Part shown: positions 50,064-58,244 of the stretch, in pieces | Layout: every line of letters begins with the position of its first letter | Numbering within the stretch: the stretch's first letter is position 1 | NCBI GenBank assembly: GCA_036280195.1 | Contig: DASURF010000022.1 | Span: 3,161-67,160 of the forward strand | Reading direction: 5' to 3' | Origin: Solirubrobacterales bacterium | GTDB lineage: Bacteria > Actinomycetota > Thermoleophilia > Solirubrobacterales > 70-9 | DNA: 64,000 nucleotides | Notes under the pieces: generated by a model | Seen by the model: only the letters and a program-made list of their open reading frames with translations | Database searches by the model: none | What the model was told of the DNA's origin: nothing | Position numbers and translations under genes: made by a program

Positions 50064-50816
50064 TCACCCGCGGGTGAGCAGAGCGCCGAGGACGAGCGAA
50101 GCGGCCGCCTGGCGCAGGACGTCGCCGGTCACATTCCCCATCACGACCTCCTGCCGCGCCTGCAGCTTGCCGACCGTGGCGATCGGCTCGACGTCGGAGC
50201 GGGGTTCCGGCGGCGCCGTCGCCACCGCCTGGCCGTAGGCGAGGCAGCCTTCGACGCCCTGGGCGATCAGCTGGGCCCGGTAGTCGGCGCCCTCTTCGAT
50301 CGGGTGCAGGTTGTCGGCCTGCATCAGCTCGGGGTGGGCGAACACCGCTCCCTGCCAGTCGGGCACCTGCGTCCCCGGCCGCGAGGCGGCGAATTCGGCC
50401 ACCACCCGGTTCTTGCCGCTGTCGTCGACGCCGCCGGGGTGCAACCCGTGGATCGTTGGCACGACCATGCAGCGATTGCCCACCGTTTCCGCGACCTTGG
50501 CGAGGTTGCCGGCGAGGATCTCGGGATAGGACGGGTTGTCGTTGGTCCCGGCGTCGAAGACGACCACGTCGACCGAGGGGTCGTAGCTTTCCTGGAAGAG
50601 GTCATAGATCTGGTAGCTGTTGTAGCCGCCGACCGCGTTGACGGTCAGTTCGACCCCCGGCAGGTAACGGCTCAGGTAGGGAGAGGTCAGCTCCTCGAGG
50701 CTGTCGCCGACGACCAGCACGTGCGGCGGGGCCGAGCGTGCCGGTGCCGGCGAAGCGCAGAGGCAGGCGAGCGCCACCGCCAGCATCAATCCCCCGAAGA
50801 GCCCGAATCGCCGCAC
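50064..50816 (-). CDS. secreted SGNH/GDSL-family hydrolase
   Basis: Block I VLVVGDSL, block III DAGTNDN, and a C-terminal HP motif. GTG at 50816 gives the signal peptide VRRFGLFGGLMLAVALACL. Confidence 0.75.
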   Translation of the reverse strand: MRRFGLFGGLMLAVALACLCASPAPARSAPPHVLVVGDSLEELTSPYLSRYLPGVELTVNAVGGYNSYQIYDLFQESYDPSVDVVVFDAGTNDNPSYPEILAGNLAKVAETVGNRCMVVPTIHGLHPGGVDDSGKNRVVAEFAASRPGTQVPDWQGAVFAHPELMQADNLHPIEEGADYRAQLIAQGVEGCLAYGQAVATAPPEPRSDVEPIATVGKLQARQEVVMGNVTGDVLRQAAASLVLGALLTRG

Positions 50817-50850
50817 GGGACGGGTTTCTACACGACGTAGACTGCCGCGC

Positions 50851-51393
50851 GTGCTCGCCGCCGCTCGGCTCCAGCTCCTCGCCTGCGCCGTGATCGGCGC
50901 GCTGCTGGTGGTCGGCTGCGGGGGCGACGAGGAAGGCACGACGCAGGAGCTGACGATCTCCAGTCGCCCGGACGGAGCGGCGAAGGACAAGGACGCGCCG
51001 GCCCCCCAGGGCGACGGAAGGCCGCGGCGCGCCCCCGCCGGCAGCCTCTGTCAGAGCCAGCTCGGCAGCTTCGTCGGCTCGATGGACGGCCTGCGCCGCC
51101 GCCTCGCCGTCGGCGTCACCTACGACCAGTACGTCGCCGAGGTGCGAGGCATCCGCTCCACCTACGGCGAGATCCCGACCCGGAAGCTGCAGATCGACTG
51201 CCTCACCCTGGTCGCCACCCCGAGCGAGAAGGCGTTCAACCGCTACATCGAGGGCGCCAACGACTGGGGCGAATGCGTCTCCGAGCTCGGTTGCGGCACG
51301 GCGACGATCGAACCGGTCCTGCAGCGCCGCTGGCGGATCGCCTCGCACTTCCTCTCGGAAGCGAAAGACGGCCTCGACGCCATCGCCGGCTAG
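50851..51393 (+). CDS. hypothetical lipoprotein
   Basis: Lipobox LLVVGC after a hydrophobic N-terminus. 180 aa. Confidence 0.6.
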   Translation: MLAAARLQLLACAVIGALLVVGCGGDEEGTTQELTISSRPDGAAKDKDAPAPQGDGRPRRAPAGSLCQSQLGSFVGSMDGLRRRLAVGVTYDQYVAEVRGIRSTYGEIPTRKLQIDCLTLVATPSEKAFNRYIEGANDWGECVSELGCGTATIEPVLQRRWRIASHFLSEAKDGLDAIAG

Positions 51394-51409
51394 TTCACGC
51401 CTTGAAAAT

Positions 51410-51439
51410 GCGAGAGCCGCCCCGGAGGACGGCTCTCGC
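51410..51439. terminator. 10-bp GC-rich hairpin GCGAGAGCCG-N10-CGGCTCTCGC (bidirectional terminator candidate)
   Basis: It lies 17 nt after the lipoprotein stop. On the minus strand it is followed by ATTTTCAAGG. Confidence 0.5.
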
Positions 51440-51605
51440 CTGGTGCAAAGGAACGAACGCGGGGAACTGCGACCGAGCGGGACAAGACCCGGCTCCCTTC
51501 GCTCGCCGGTGCCCGGGGTGGATTCCGCCGGGCGCCCTAACCAGTGCGGCGCCTAGCGGCCCTGCACCTCCAGAGTCCCATCAAGCATGTGAATCAAGTT
51601 AGGAC

Positions 51606-51633
51606 CACCTCCTTTCTCTGGTGAAAGGAAGTG
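51606..51633 (-). promoter_or_regulatory. hairpin sequestering a perfect 12-nt Shine-Dalgarno (AGAAAGGAGGTG)
   Basis: Minus strand reads CACTTCCTTTC-ACCAGA-GAAAGGAGGTG (11-bp stem, one mismatch). A TTG lies 8 nt downstream and opens a 14-codon ORF (51553..51597). Confidence 0.35.
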
Positions 51634-51662
51634 AAGCAAATGCGGAGGTCGGGCCCAAATCC

Positions 51663-52295
51663 CTACGTCGCGGCCTCCTCCGGCAGCTCGTCGCCGAGGA
51701 TGTCCTTGCCGCGGCGGCCCTGCCAGCGGCGCCAGGCCTCGAAGCCGGCGCCGACCGCCATCGCGGCGGCGAAGGAGGTCGCCAGCGGCAGCCAGAGGCT
51801 GTCCTTGAAGGTCTCGCCGCCGAGGTAGCCGAGCATCGAGATGTAGACGGCCCAGATGGCGGCGGCGAAGGCGTCGGCGACGAGGAACTGGCGATAGGGC
51901 ATCTCCAGGGTGCCGGCGGCGAAGGTGGTGGCCGTGCGGCCGCCGGGAATGAAGCGTCCGGCGCCGATCAGGATCGCCCCGCGCCGGCGCAGCGCCTGCT
52001 CCGCCCAGAGCAGTCGCGCCTGCCCCTTCTCGCCCTGAAAGAGACGGTCGGCGACCGGGTCGCCGATCTTGCGGCCGAGGAAGTAGCAGACGTTGTCGCC
52101 GATGAAGGCGCCGAGCGCCACCGCCGGCACGATCAGCCAGATGAAGAGTTCGCCCTGCGCCGCGAGGACCGAGGCGGTGATCACGATCGTCTCCGAAGGG
52201 ATCAGCGGGAAGAGGACGTCGGTCGCGCAGGCGAAGGCGACGACCGGGTAGGTGACGGCGCTCTGCGAGACCTCCTGCGTGAGCCAGTGGAACAC
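51663..52295 (-). CDS. DedA-family (SNARE-associated) membrane protein
   Basis: 210 aa. DedA-like strings are FPLIPSE, G...Y..G and RFIPGGRT. Confidence 0.85.
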   Translation of the reverse strand: MFHWLTQEVSQSAVTYPVVAFACATDVLFPLIPSETIVITASVLAAQGELFIWLIVPAVALGAFIGDNVCYFLGRKIGDPVADRLFQGEKGQARLLWAEQALRRRGAILIGAGRFIPGGRTATTFAAGTLEMPYRQFLVADAFAAAIWAVYISMLGYLGGETFKDSLWLPLATSFAAAMAVGAGFEAWRRWQGRRGKDILGDELPEEAAT

Positions 52296-52354
52296 CCCGT
52301 CCGGCTACCCGGATCGGGTTGGTTTACCAATCTCCAGCCGGGTATTGAAGCTGC

Positions 52355-52630
52355 ATGTCAACCGGACTGATCATCGCCATCGTCGTCCTAGTCGGCGTCC
52401 TCCTGGTCATTGCCTTCGTCGCCGCGCGCCGGCGACGGGCTCGCCGTGAAGTGGAACGCCAGCGCCTCAGCGAACAGGCCGGCGGCCACCGCCAGGAGGC
52501 CGATTTGCACGCCGGCAAAGCGCAGGAGCATGAGGAAACCGCCCAGGAAGCCGCCGAGCGCGCCGAGCGCGAGCGCCAGCTCGCCCGCCGGCACGGCGAG
52601 AAAGCGGACGACCTGGAGCAGAAGCTCTAG
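52355..52630 (+). CDS. small membrane-anchored protein with a highly charged helical tail
   Basis: N-terminal TM helix LIIAIVVLVGVLLVIAFVAA followed by an Arg/Glu-rich segment. Confidence 0.5.
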   Translation: MSTGLIIAIVVLVGVLLVIAFVAARRRRARREVERQRLSEQAGGHRQEADLHAGKAQEHEETAQEAAERAERERQLARRHGEKADDLEQKL

Positions 52631-52656
52631 ATCAACTCGACAGGGGAGAACTGAAA

Positions 52657-52899
52657 ATGCTTATCGGAGTCGTAGTCGGAATCTGCGTCCTGCTGTTGAT
52701 CCTCGGCTTCCTCGTGCCGAGGCTCTCCAACCACGCCAAGCGCGGAGCCGACAAGGGCTTCGGCGCCGGCCAGCGCGCCGGCGGCAAGGCCCCCGGCCCG
52801 ATCGGCCGTCTGCTGAGCAAATCGTTCGGCAAATCCCAGAGCGCCGCCGACAAGAGCCACTCGGCCGGCAAGACCGCCCGCCAGAAGCTGCCGTTCTAG
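52657..52899 (+). CDS. small membrane-anchored basic protein
   Basis: RBS GGGGAGAA. TM helix MLIGVVVGICVLLLILGFLV followed by a Lys/Gly/Ser-rich tail. Confidence 0.5.
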   Translation: MLIGVVVGICVLLLILGFLVPRLSNHAKRGADKGFGAGQRAGGKAPGPIGRLLSKSFGKSQSAADKSHSAGKTARQKLPF

Positions 52900-52938
52900 C
52901 GGCGCAGCGCTACAAAACTGGCCAGCCAGCCAGTATGC

Positions 52939-54204
52939 TTGCGCAGCGTGCCGGACCAAGCTGAGATCGCCGCCGGGAAAGGGAACATCGAGGACGCCCT
53001 GGTGCTCGAGCGGGAGCACTGGGAGAACGGGCCGCCGCTGGAGCTGTTCAAGCGGATGCGCAGCGAGTGCCCCGTGCACTGGACCTCGGAAGTGACCGAG
53101 CTGCCGCAGGCGAAGGGCTTCTGGTCGGTGACGCGCGCCGACGACGTCCACAAGATCAGCCGCGACTGGGAGACCTACTCCTCCGAACGCGGCGGCGTGG
53201 TGGTGATCGACGAGGTCTTCCCGATCGAGCTGGCGCGGGCGATGTTCATCGGCATGGACCCGCCCAAGCACGACCGGCTGAAGGCGCTCTTCCAGGCGGG
53301 CTTCACGCCGAAGCGGATCGCGGCGCACACCGACGCCATCCGCGAGATCGTCACCGGCACGCTCGACAAGCTCGAGGGGCAGGAGACCTGCGACCTCGTC
53401 ACAGCCGTCGCCCAGCCCGCGGTCTCGCGGGTGATCGGCAGCTTCATGGGCATCCCCGAGGAGGACGACGCGGCCTGGGCGGAGCTGATGAACATGGCGC
53501 TGGCCGCCAACGACCCCGACTACAGCCCCGACGTCGAGAACGTCGAAGAGACGATCCAGGAGGCGGTCCAGCAGATCTTCGCCCGCTGCAGCGGGATGAT
53601 CGCCGAGCGGCGCGAGAACCCCACCGACGACCTCACCACGGTCCTCGTCAACGCCGAGGTCGAAGGCCAGAAGCTGGAGGAGCACGAGATCGTGATGGGC
53701 TTCTTCCTTCTCGTCGCCGCCGGCAACGACAGCACCAAGGCGACCTACTCGAGCGCGATGCGGGCGCTGATGGAACACCCGGACCAGCGCCAGATGCTGG
53801 TCGACGACCCCTCGCTGATCCCCGGCGCGGTCGAGGAGGCGCTGCGGATGTTCCCCGCCTTCGCCCACTTCCGCCGCACCGCGACCAGGGACGTCGAGCT
53901 CGGCGGGCAGCAGATCAAAGAGGGTGAGAAGGTGGTCATGTGGTACGCGTCGTCCAACCGCGACGAGACGCGCTACGAGGACCCCGACCGCTTCGACGTC
54001 CTCCGCAACCCAGAGCACCAGGCCTTCGGGGCGGGCGGGCGCCACTTCTGCCTCGGCGCCGCGCTGGCCCGGCTGGAGCTGAAGATCCTCCTCGAGGAGA
54101 CCCTCGCCCGCTACCCGAAGATGGAGATGGCGGGCGCCCCGATCTACGTCGAGTCGGGCTTCCTCAACCAGCTGAAAAGCCTGCCGGTCCGGCTCAACGG
54201 CTGA
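52939..54204 (+). CDS. cytochrome P450
   Basis: I-helix AAGNDST, ExxR (EEALR) and the heme loop FGAGGRHFCLGAALAR. Confidence 0.9.
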   Translation: MRSVPDQAEIAAGKGNIEDALVLEREHWENGPPLELFKRMRSECPVHWTSEVTELPQAKGFWSVTRADDVHKISRDWETYSSERGGVVVIDEVFPIELARAMFIGMDPPKHDRLKALFQAGFTPKRIAAHTDAIREIVTGTLDKLEGQETCDLVTAVAQPAVSRVIGSFMGIPEEDDAAWAELMNMALAANDPDYSPDVENVEETIQEAVQQIFARCSGMIAERRENPTDDLTTVLVNAEVEGQKLEEHEIVMGFFLLVAAGNDSTKATYSSAMRALMEHPDQRQMLVDDPSLIPGAVEEALRMFPAFAHFRRTATRDVELGGQQIKEGEKVVMWYASSNRDETRYEDPDRFDVLRNPEHQAFGAGGRHFCLGAALARLELKILLEETLARYPKMEMAGAPIYVESGFLNQLKSLPVRLNG

Positions 54205-54216
54205 CCCCGGGAACCG

Positions 54217-54816
54217 ATGGCGGCGGTCAGCGCGGCGACCAGGTCGGAGGTCGGACGCGTCGTCGCCGACCTGCACGCCGCGTTCATGGACGACCCGGTC
54301 CTCTGCTGGGCCTTCCCGGACGAGGACAGGCGCCGCCGTTACGGCAGGCACTACTTCGAGATGCAGGCGCGGCGGCTCGTCCGGGACGGGCTGGCGTGGC
54401 GAGCAGACGGAGGCGGGGCGCTGTGGGCCGGAGCGGGCCGCTGGCGCGAGTCGCCGCTCGAGGCGCTGCGGCTGGGCATAGCCACCTTCCGCGGCACCTG
54501 GCCCCGCGGCGGCCGGGTCGCCCGCGGCCTGCTCGGAGTCGAGTCCCGGCACCCGCGGGAGCCGCACCTGTACCTGGCGGTCGTCGGCGTCCGCCCGGAG
54601 CGGCAGGGCCAGGGTCTCGGCACCGCCCTGCTCCAACCCGGCCTCTCCGAGGCCGACCGGCTCGGCCTCCCGGCCTACCTGGAGAGCAGCAACATCCGCA
54701 ACGTCCCGCTCTACGAACGCCACGGCTTCGAGATCACCGAGGAAGTGCGGCTCCCGGGCGGGCCGCCGGTGTGGCTGATGTGGCGCCCGGCCGGCGCCGA
54801 GCTCAGGGCAGCGTGA
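54217..54816 (+). CDS. GNAT-family N-acetyltransferase
   Basis: Acetyl-CoA motif VGVRPERQGQGLGTALL and a C-terminal YERHGF. Confidence 0.8.
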   Translation: MAAVSAATRSEVGRVVADLHAAFMDDPVLCWAFPDEDRRRRYGRHYFEMQARRLVRDGLAWRADGGGALWAGAGRWRESPLEALRLGIATFRGTWPRGGRVARGLLGVESRHPREPHLYLAVVGVRPERQGQGLGTALLQPGLSEADRLGLPAYLESSNIRNVPLYERHGFEITEEVRLPGGPPVWLMWRPAGAELRAA

Positions 54817-55303
54817 CCGGAGTCGAGGGCGGCGAACCGCTCTTCAGCAGCGTCGAGAGGTAGATCACGACCGGCTTGCTGCCCCGGTTGGCCGCTTCGT
54901 GGATGTCGGACGGCTGCTCGACCAGCCACTGCCCGGCCTCGATGCGGGCGGTCTGCCCGGCGGCGATCGTCCGCACCCGCCGCGGGTCTTTTTCCGCGTC
55001 GCCTTCGCTGACCACCGCCGAGCCCTTGCGCACCGTGTAGGTGAGGGTCCCGGAGGCGATCCGCGAGATCTGCGTCCCGAGGTGATGGTGCAACGCCAGC
55101 TTCGCCCCCGGTTCGACCACCACCCGGCTCAGCACCATGGTCCGGCCGGGAGCGCCCTGCACCTTGTCGGTCTGAGCGAGCGCACTGCGCACCGCGGTCG
55201 GCCCGGAGGGACCAGCCAGGGCGCCCGGCAGCAGCGCACCGAGCGCGAAAACCGCGGCCAGAGCGGTGGCCAGCGAAAGTCGAGAACGAGTCGTGGTCGG
55301 CAT
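54803..55303 (-). CDS. secreted cupin-domain protein
   Basis: Signal peptide ...ALAAVFALGALLPGALAG and the cupin His cluster LALHHHLG. Confidence 0.7.
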   Translation of the reverse strand: MPTTTRSRLSLATALAAVFALGALLPGALAGPSGPTAVRSALAQTDKVQGAPGRTMVLSRVVVEPGAKLALHHHLGTQISRIASGTLTYTVRKGSAVVSEGDAEKDPRRVRTIAAGQTARIEAGQWLVEQPSDIHEAANRGSKPVVIYLSTLLKSGSPPSTPVTLP

Positions 55304-55416
55304 CGGAGAGGCACCCTAGGACGGCGATCGGATGGGTGGAGACGCCTCTGTCCCACCCGCCGAACTGCTCGCGCGCAAAGTGGCGAACCGCATACACATG
55401 TACACATAAAGGTTTG

Positions 55417-55445
55417 TTGACTCTGACTAGTTAGGTGTGTTTTAT
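55417..55445 (+). promoter_or_regulatory. sigma-70-type promoter candidate TTGACT-N17-TTTTAT
   Basis: It sits in a sharply AT-rich 60-nt patch just upstream of the 55484 gene. Confidence 0.4.
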
Positions 55446-55483
55446 GAATGCGTACTGTTCACGTCCACGGAAAGGTCGCCGCG

Positions 55484-56164
55484 ATGGATTCCGAGTTCCG
55501 CGAGATACCGAGGCCGACGCGGGCGGGCGCCGTCGAGGTCCCTGCGCCGCTGATCGAGCCGCCGCTGCGCGAGATGCCGGAGTGGCCGGGAGCACAGCTC
55601 GAACGCGACCCCGAGCCCTTCGAGGTGGAACCCGGAGACGACATCGAAGGCCTGGTGGCGCGAGCGCAGGAGGTGGCGCAGGCCGACCCCCGCGTCCGCG
55701 AGCACCTCGGCGGCGGCCGCGTCGCCTGGATCGGCGCCGGCGTTCTGGACGCCAAAGACGACGAGGGCCCGAGCGCGGTGGCGGTCGCCTTCGACTACGA
55801 CCGCAGCCTGGCGGTGGAGGTGCGGCTCGCCGGCAAGGACGGCAACTTCGAGGTGATCGACGTCGCGGACGTCGCCTACCATCCCGCGCCCAGCGACGAG
55901 GAGATCGCCCGGGCGACCGAGCTGGCGCGCAGCGACCGGCGGGTGGCCGAACAGCTCTCCGAGGAGCTGGAGTCGACCGCGATCCTGGTCAGCGACGTCG
56001 AGCAGGGGGACCGGCACTACGGCAGCCGCCGCATCGAGATCGGCTTCGGCCGCGCCGACGAACGCCTGCCGCTGATCCGCGCCCTGGTGGACCTGGGCGA
56101 GGAGCGGGTGCTCGGAGTGCATGCAGAGAACGGGTACCGCTACGAGTCGGGAGGAGAGCGCTGA
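55484..56164 (+). CDS. copper amine oxidase N2/N3-domain-like protein (first half of a split gene)
   Basis: The segment HPAPSDEEIARATELARSDRRVAEQL...GSRRIEIGFGRADERLPLIRALVDLGEERVLGV follows the CuAO N3 pattern (P..eE...dp.v...l...rR...f.r...VDL...v). ATG at 55484 follows GGAAAGG. Confidence 0.55.
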   Translation: MDSEFREIPRPTRAGAVEVPAPLIEPPLREMPEWPGAQLERDPEPFEVEPGDDIEGLVARAQEVAQADPRVREHLGGGRVAWIGAGVLDAKDDEGPSAVAVAFDYDRSLAVEVRLAGKDGNFEVIDVADVAYHPAPSDEEIARATELARSDRRVAEQLSEELESTAILVSDVEQGDRHYGSRRIEIGFGRADERLPLIRALVDLGEERVLGVHAENGYRYESGGER

Positions 56165-57039
56165 TGAGCGAGTCAGGGCACATCGTCTGGCCCAGCGCCT
56201 CGAACAAGCTGTGGGAGATGGACTACACCCTCGCCGACAGCCCGGACTCGGAGGGGATCGTGGTCAGGGGCGTGCGCTTCCGCAACCGGCTCCTCTTCTA
56301 CAAGGCCAGCCTGCCGTCGCTGCGGGTGCAGTACGACCGCAACGCCTGCGGGCCCTACAAGGACCCCCTCAACTACGACGTGTCGGTGCCCTCGAGCCGC
56401 TGCCCGAACAAGCGCGTGTGCGTCTTCACGTACAGCAGCGGCGGTCATCAGTGCCTGGGGCTGCAGGCCAACTACCGGATCGGCGCCTACCGCCTGATCC
56501 AGTACTTCGTCTTCGTCGACGACGGCCGGGTCCTCTGCCGCCTCTACAGCGCGGGACTGCAGTGCAACGCAACCCACCGGCATCACGCCTACTGGCGCTT
56601 CGACTTCGACATCGAGGGAGCTTCCAACGACCTCGGGTTCGAGTACAACACCTACACCTCCAACCTCGGCTGGGGTCAGGGTTGGCACATGAAGAACCCC
56701 GAGATATCTAGGGTCAAGAATCCCGGCTCCCGCCGCTGCTGGGCGATCATGGAGGGCTCCAGCGGCCGCGGATATTTCATCCTGCCCGGTGGCGACGACG
56801 GTGTCGCCGACGCGTTCTCCAACCAGGACATCTGGTTCATGCGTTACCACGGCAGCGAGGACCAGCACGGCCGGCTCGGATCCGCGGCCAACGACGGCCT
56901 CGCACCGCTGCTCAACGGCGAGAACCTGAACGGCCAGGACATCGTCGTCTGGTACTGCGCCCACCTCCACCACCACGCCGACGACGGCGGCGAGGAGTGG
57001 CACAGCGCCGGGCCGGATCTGGTGCCCTTCCGCTGGTAG
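56164..57039 (+). CDS. truncated copper amine oxidase catalytic-domain-like protein
   Basis: Three matches to CuAO, from motif memory. ANYRIGAYRL corresponds to the TPQ motif NY[DE]YGFYW. HRHHAYWRFDFDIEG corresponds to HxHxFxxRLDxDIDG. QDIVVWYCAHLHHH corresponds to DIVxWxxxGxxH. The start overlaps the upstream stop (TGATG). Confidence 0.6.
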   Translation: MSESGHIVWPSASNKLWEMDYTLADSPDSEGIVVRGVRFRNRLLFYKASLPSLRVQYDRNACGPYKDPLNYDVSVPSSRCPNKRVCVFTYSSGGHQCLGLQANYRIGAYRLIQYFVFVDDGRVLCRLYSAGLQCNATHRHHAYWRFDFDIEGASNDLGFEYNTYTSNLGWGQGWHMKNPEISRVKNPGSRRCWAIMEGSSGRGYFILPGGDDGVADAFSNQDIWFMRYHGSEDQHGRLGSAANDGLAPLLNGENLNGQDIVVWYCAHLHHHADDGGEEWHSAGPDLVPFRW

Positions 57040-57076
57040 CCGGCACCCGGTGCCATATATAGGGAGGAGGGTTCTG

Positions 57077-57310
57077 ATGACACGGCTCCTCTGCCGGGTT
57101 ACCGGTGGGGGTACAACGCGACCCCCAACCGCGGTCGCGTTCTTTGTCGATCTAACTAACAGCGGCGGCACCTTTGAAGGCATGCCCCGGCGGCAACTCG
57201 ATGTCGATTCTTCGCTGCCCGTACCGGTGACAGAGCCTTATGCGGTGCCAACACAGTCACCAATCCGGCTTGCTTCGGGAAGCGCATTGACGAATCTCCC
57301 GAGAGGGTGA
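57077..57310 (+). CDS. possible 77-aa ORF after a strong RBS
   Basis: GGGAGGAGGG lies 6 nt before the ATG at 57077, 38 nt after the CuAO-like stop. No recognisable motif, and coding status is uncertain. Confidence 0.25.
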   Translation: MTRLLCRVTGGGTTRPPTAVAFFVDLTNSGGTFEGMPRRQLDVDSSLPVPVTEPYAVPTQSPIRLASGSALTNLPRG

Positions 57311-57398
57311 ATCCCGAGCAAAATACTCAGCTGTTCTTGACGGGTACTGGTCGCGGGTGTAAACAGGCACGAGTTTCTCACTCACAGAAGGAGACAAA

Positions 57399-57959
57399 AT
57401 GAAATGCTTGAGGATGTTCGGAGCTGTTGCGGCGATCGCAGCTGCCTTTATGGCATTCGCGGGTCCTGCTTCGGCTACCACTGCCACATCATCTGGCGGC
57501 AGCTTCACAGCCACAATTCACATCGTCTGGGGCAGTTGGGAAATGCATGGCGAAGCTTTTTCAGTGAATTGCAGAAGCGGGACATTGCATATGACAATTC
57601 ATGTCCACGGCTCATCAGTGACAGCTGCGGGCCCCGTTAACAACACATCGCTAAGTGAATGCAGCTTTCCAATAACAGTGCTCAAATCTGGAACGGTGGA
57701 ATTCCACGCTACCTCGGGAGGCAACGCCACAGTCACATCAACGGGTGCCGAACTGACATTCCATGGGCCCTTTGGCATTAACTGCCTCTATAAAACTACC
57801 GCCACTGACATCGGTACGTTAACAGGTGGCACCACAGCAAAACTGGACTACGACTCTTCGCTGATCCCACGGACCGGCGACAGCGCTTTTTGCGGTGGCA
57901 ACGGAGAATTGACAGGGAGTGGAGTAGTGTCTTCCCCTGACACTCTGATATTTGACTAG
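57399..57959 (+). CDS. secreted Thr/Ser/Gly-rich, Cys-containing hypothetical protein
   Basis: RBS GAAGGAGA. Signal peptide MKCLRMFGAVAAIAAAFMAFAGPASA. The gene has low GC, and a terminator follows. Confidence 0.7.
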   Translation: MKCLRMFGAVAAIAAAFMAFAGPASATTATSSGGSFTATIHIVWGSWEMHGEAFSVNCRSGTLHMTIHVHGSSVTAAGPVNNTSLSECSFPITVLKSGTVEFHATSGGNATVTSTGAELTFHGPFGINCLYKTTATDIGTLTGGTTAKLDYDSSLIPRTGDSAFCGGNGELTGSGVVSSPDTLIFD

Positions 57960-57985
57960 TAGGTTTTTAGCTGTTTTCATAACGC

Positions 57986-58011
57986 GTGGCCGCCCTTTTG
58001 GGGGCGGCCAC
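57986..58011 (+). terminator. hairpin GTGGCCGCCC-TTTTG-GGGCGGCCAC
   Basis: 10-bp GC stem, 27 nt after the stop of the 57399 gene. Confidence 0.6.
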
Positions 58012-58244
58012 GTTCCCTAGGTATTAGTTCTCGTCCCTTTGCGGTTGGCACAGCTTGCGTCGGATAGAAATATTCTCTGATTCGGCTGAGATCGGCAGGA
58101 ATCTGTGGGCTTCTTGCCCCGGCGTCCAGCGGAACGAGGCATCAGGGGACCAGGACCATGTGCCGCCGCCCCAGCTGAGCCCCCTCGGAACCAGCGTTTT
58201 TGAGAAATCTGATGTTCTGTTGCGGAACGGTAGGATCGCGCGCC

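Noticed and set aside
51440-51560. Guanidine-III (ykkC-III) or c-di-AMP (ydaO) riboswitch on the plus strand
   Set aside because: The strings GGGACAAGACCCGG and GGGGTGGATTCC recall conserved segments. However, the required pseudoknot partner strands are absent, and no plus-strand gene follows because dedA is on the opposite strand.
51601-51617. Fragment of the 16S rRNA 3' end (GGACCACCTCCTTTCT vs GGATCACCTCCTTTCT)
   Set aside because: The similarity stops after about 16 nt, and the upstream sequence is unrelated to helix 45. It is interpreted instead as the complement of a perfect SD on the minus strand.
52627-54723. 698-aa minus-strand ORF
   Set aside because: It is antisense to the P450 (heme loop present) and GNAT genes, and is a high-GC artefact. 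The same reasoning applies to 7325..8974(-), 32714..34390(-), 33909..35159(-), 35330..36859(-), 45204..46970(-), 14765..16042(+), 17921..19261(+) and the other long Arg/Pro-rich ORFs in the track.
55435-57039. Single 534-aa ORF as one fused amine-oxidase gene
   Set aside because: The first ~240 codons of that frame are Arg/Gly/Pro-rich nonsense. The N2/N3-like sequence is in the 55448..56164 frame, so a two-gene (or frameshift) model fits better.
57337-57365. Promoter TTGACG-N17-TAAACA upstream of the secreted-protein gene
   Set aside because: The -10 hexamer lacks the invariant final T and the match is weak. It is not reported as a feature.
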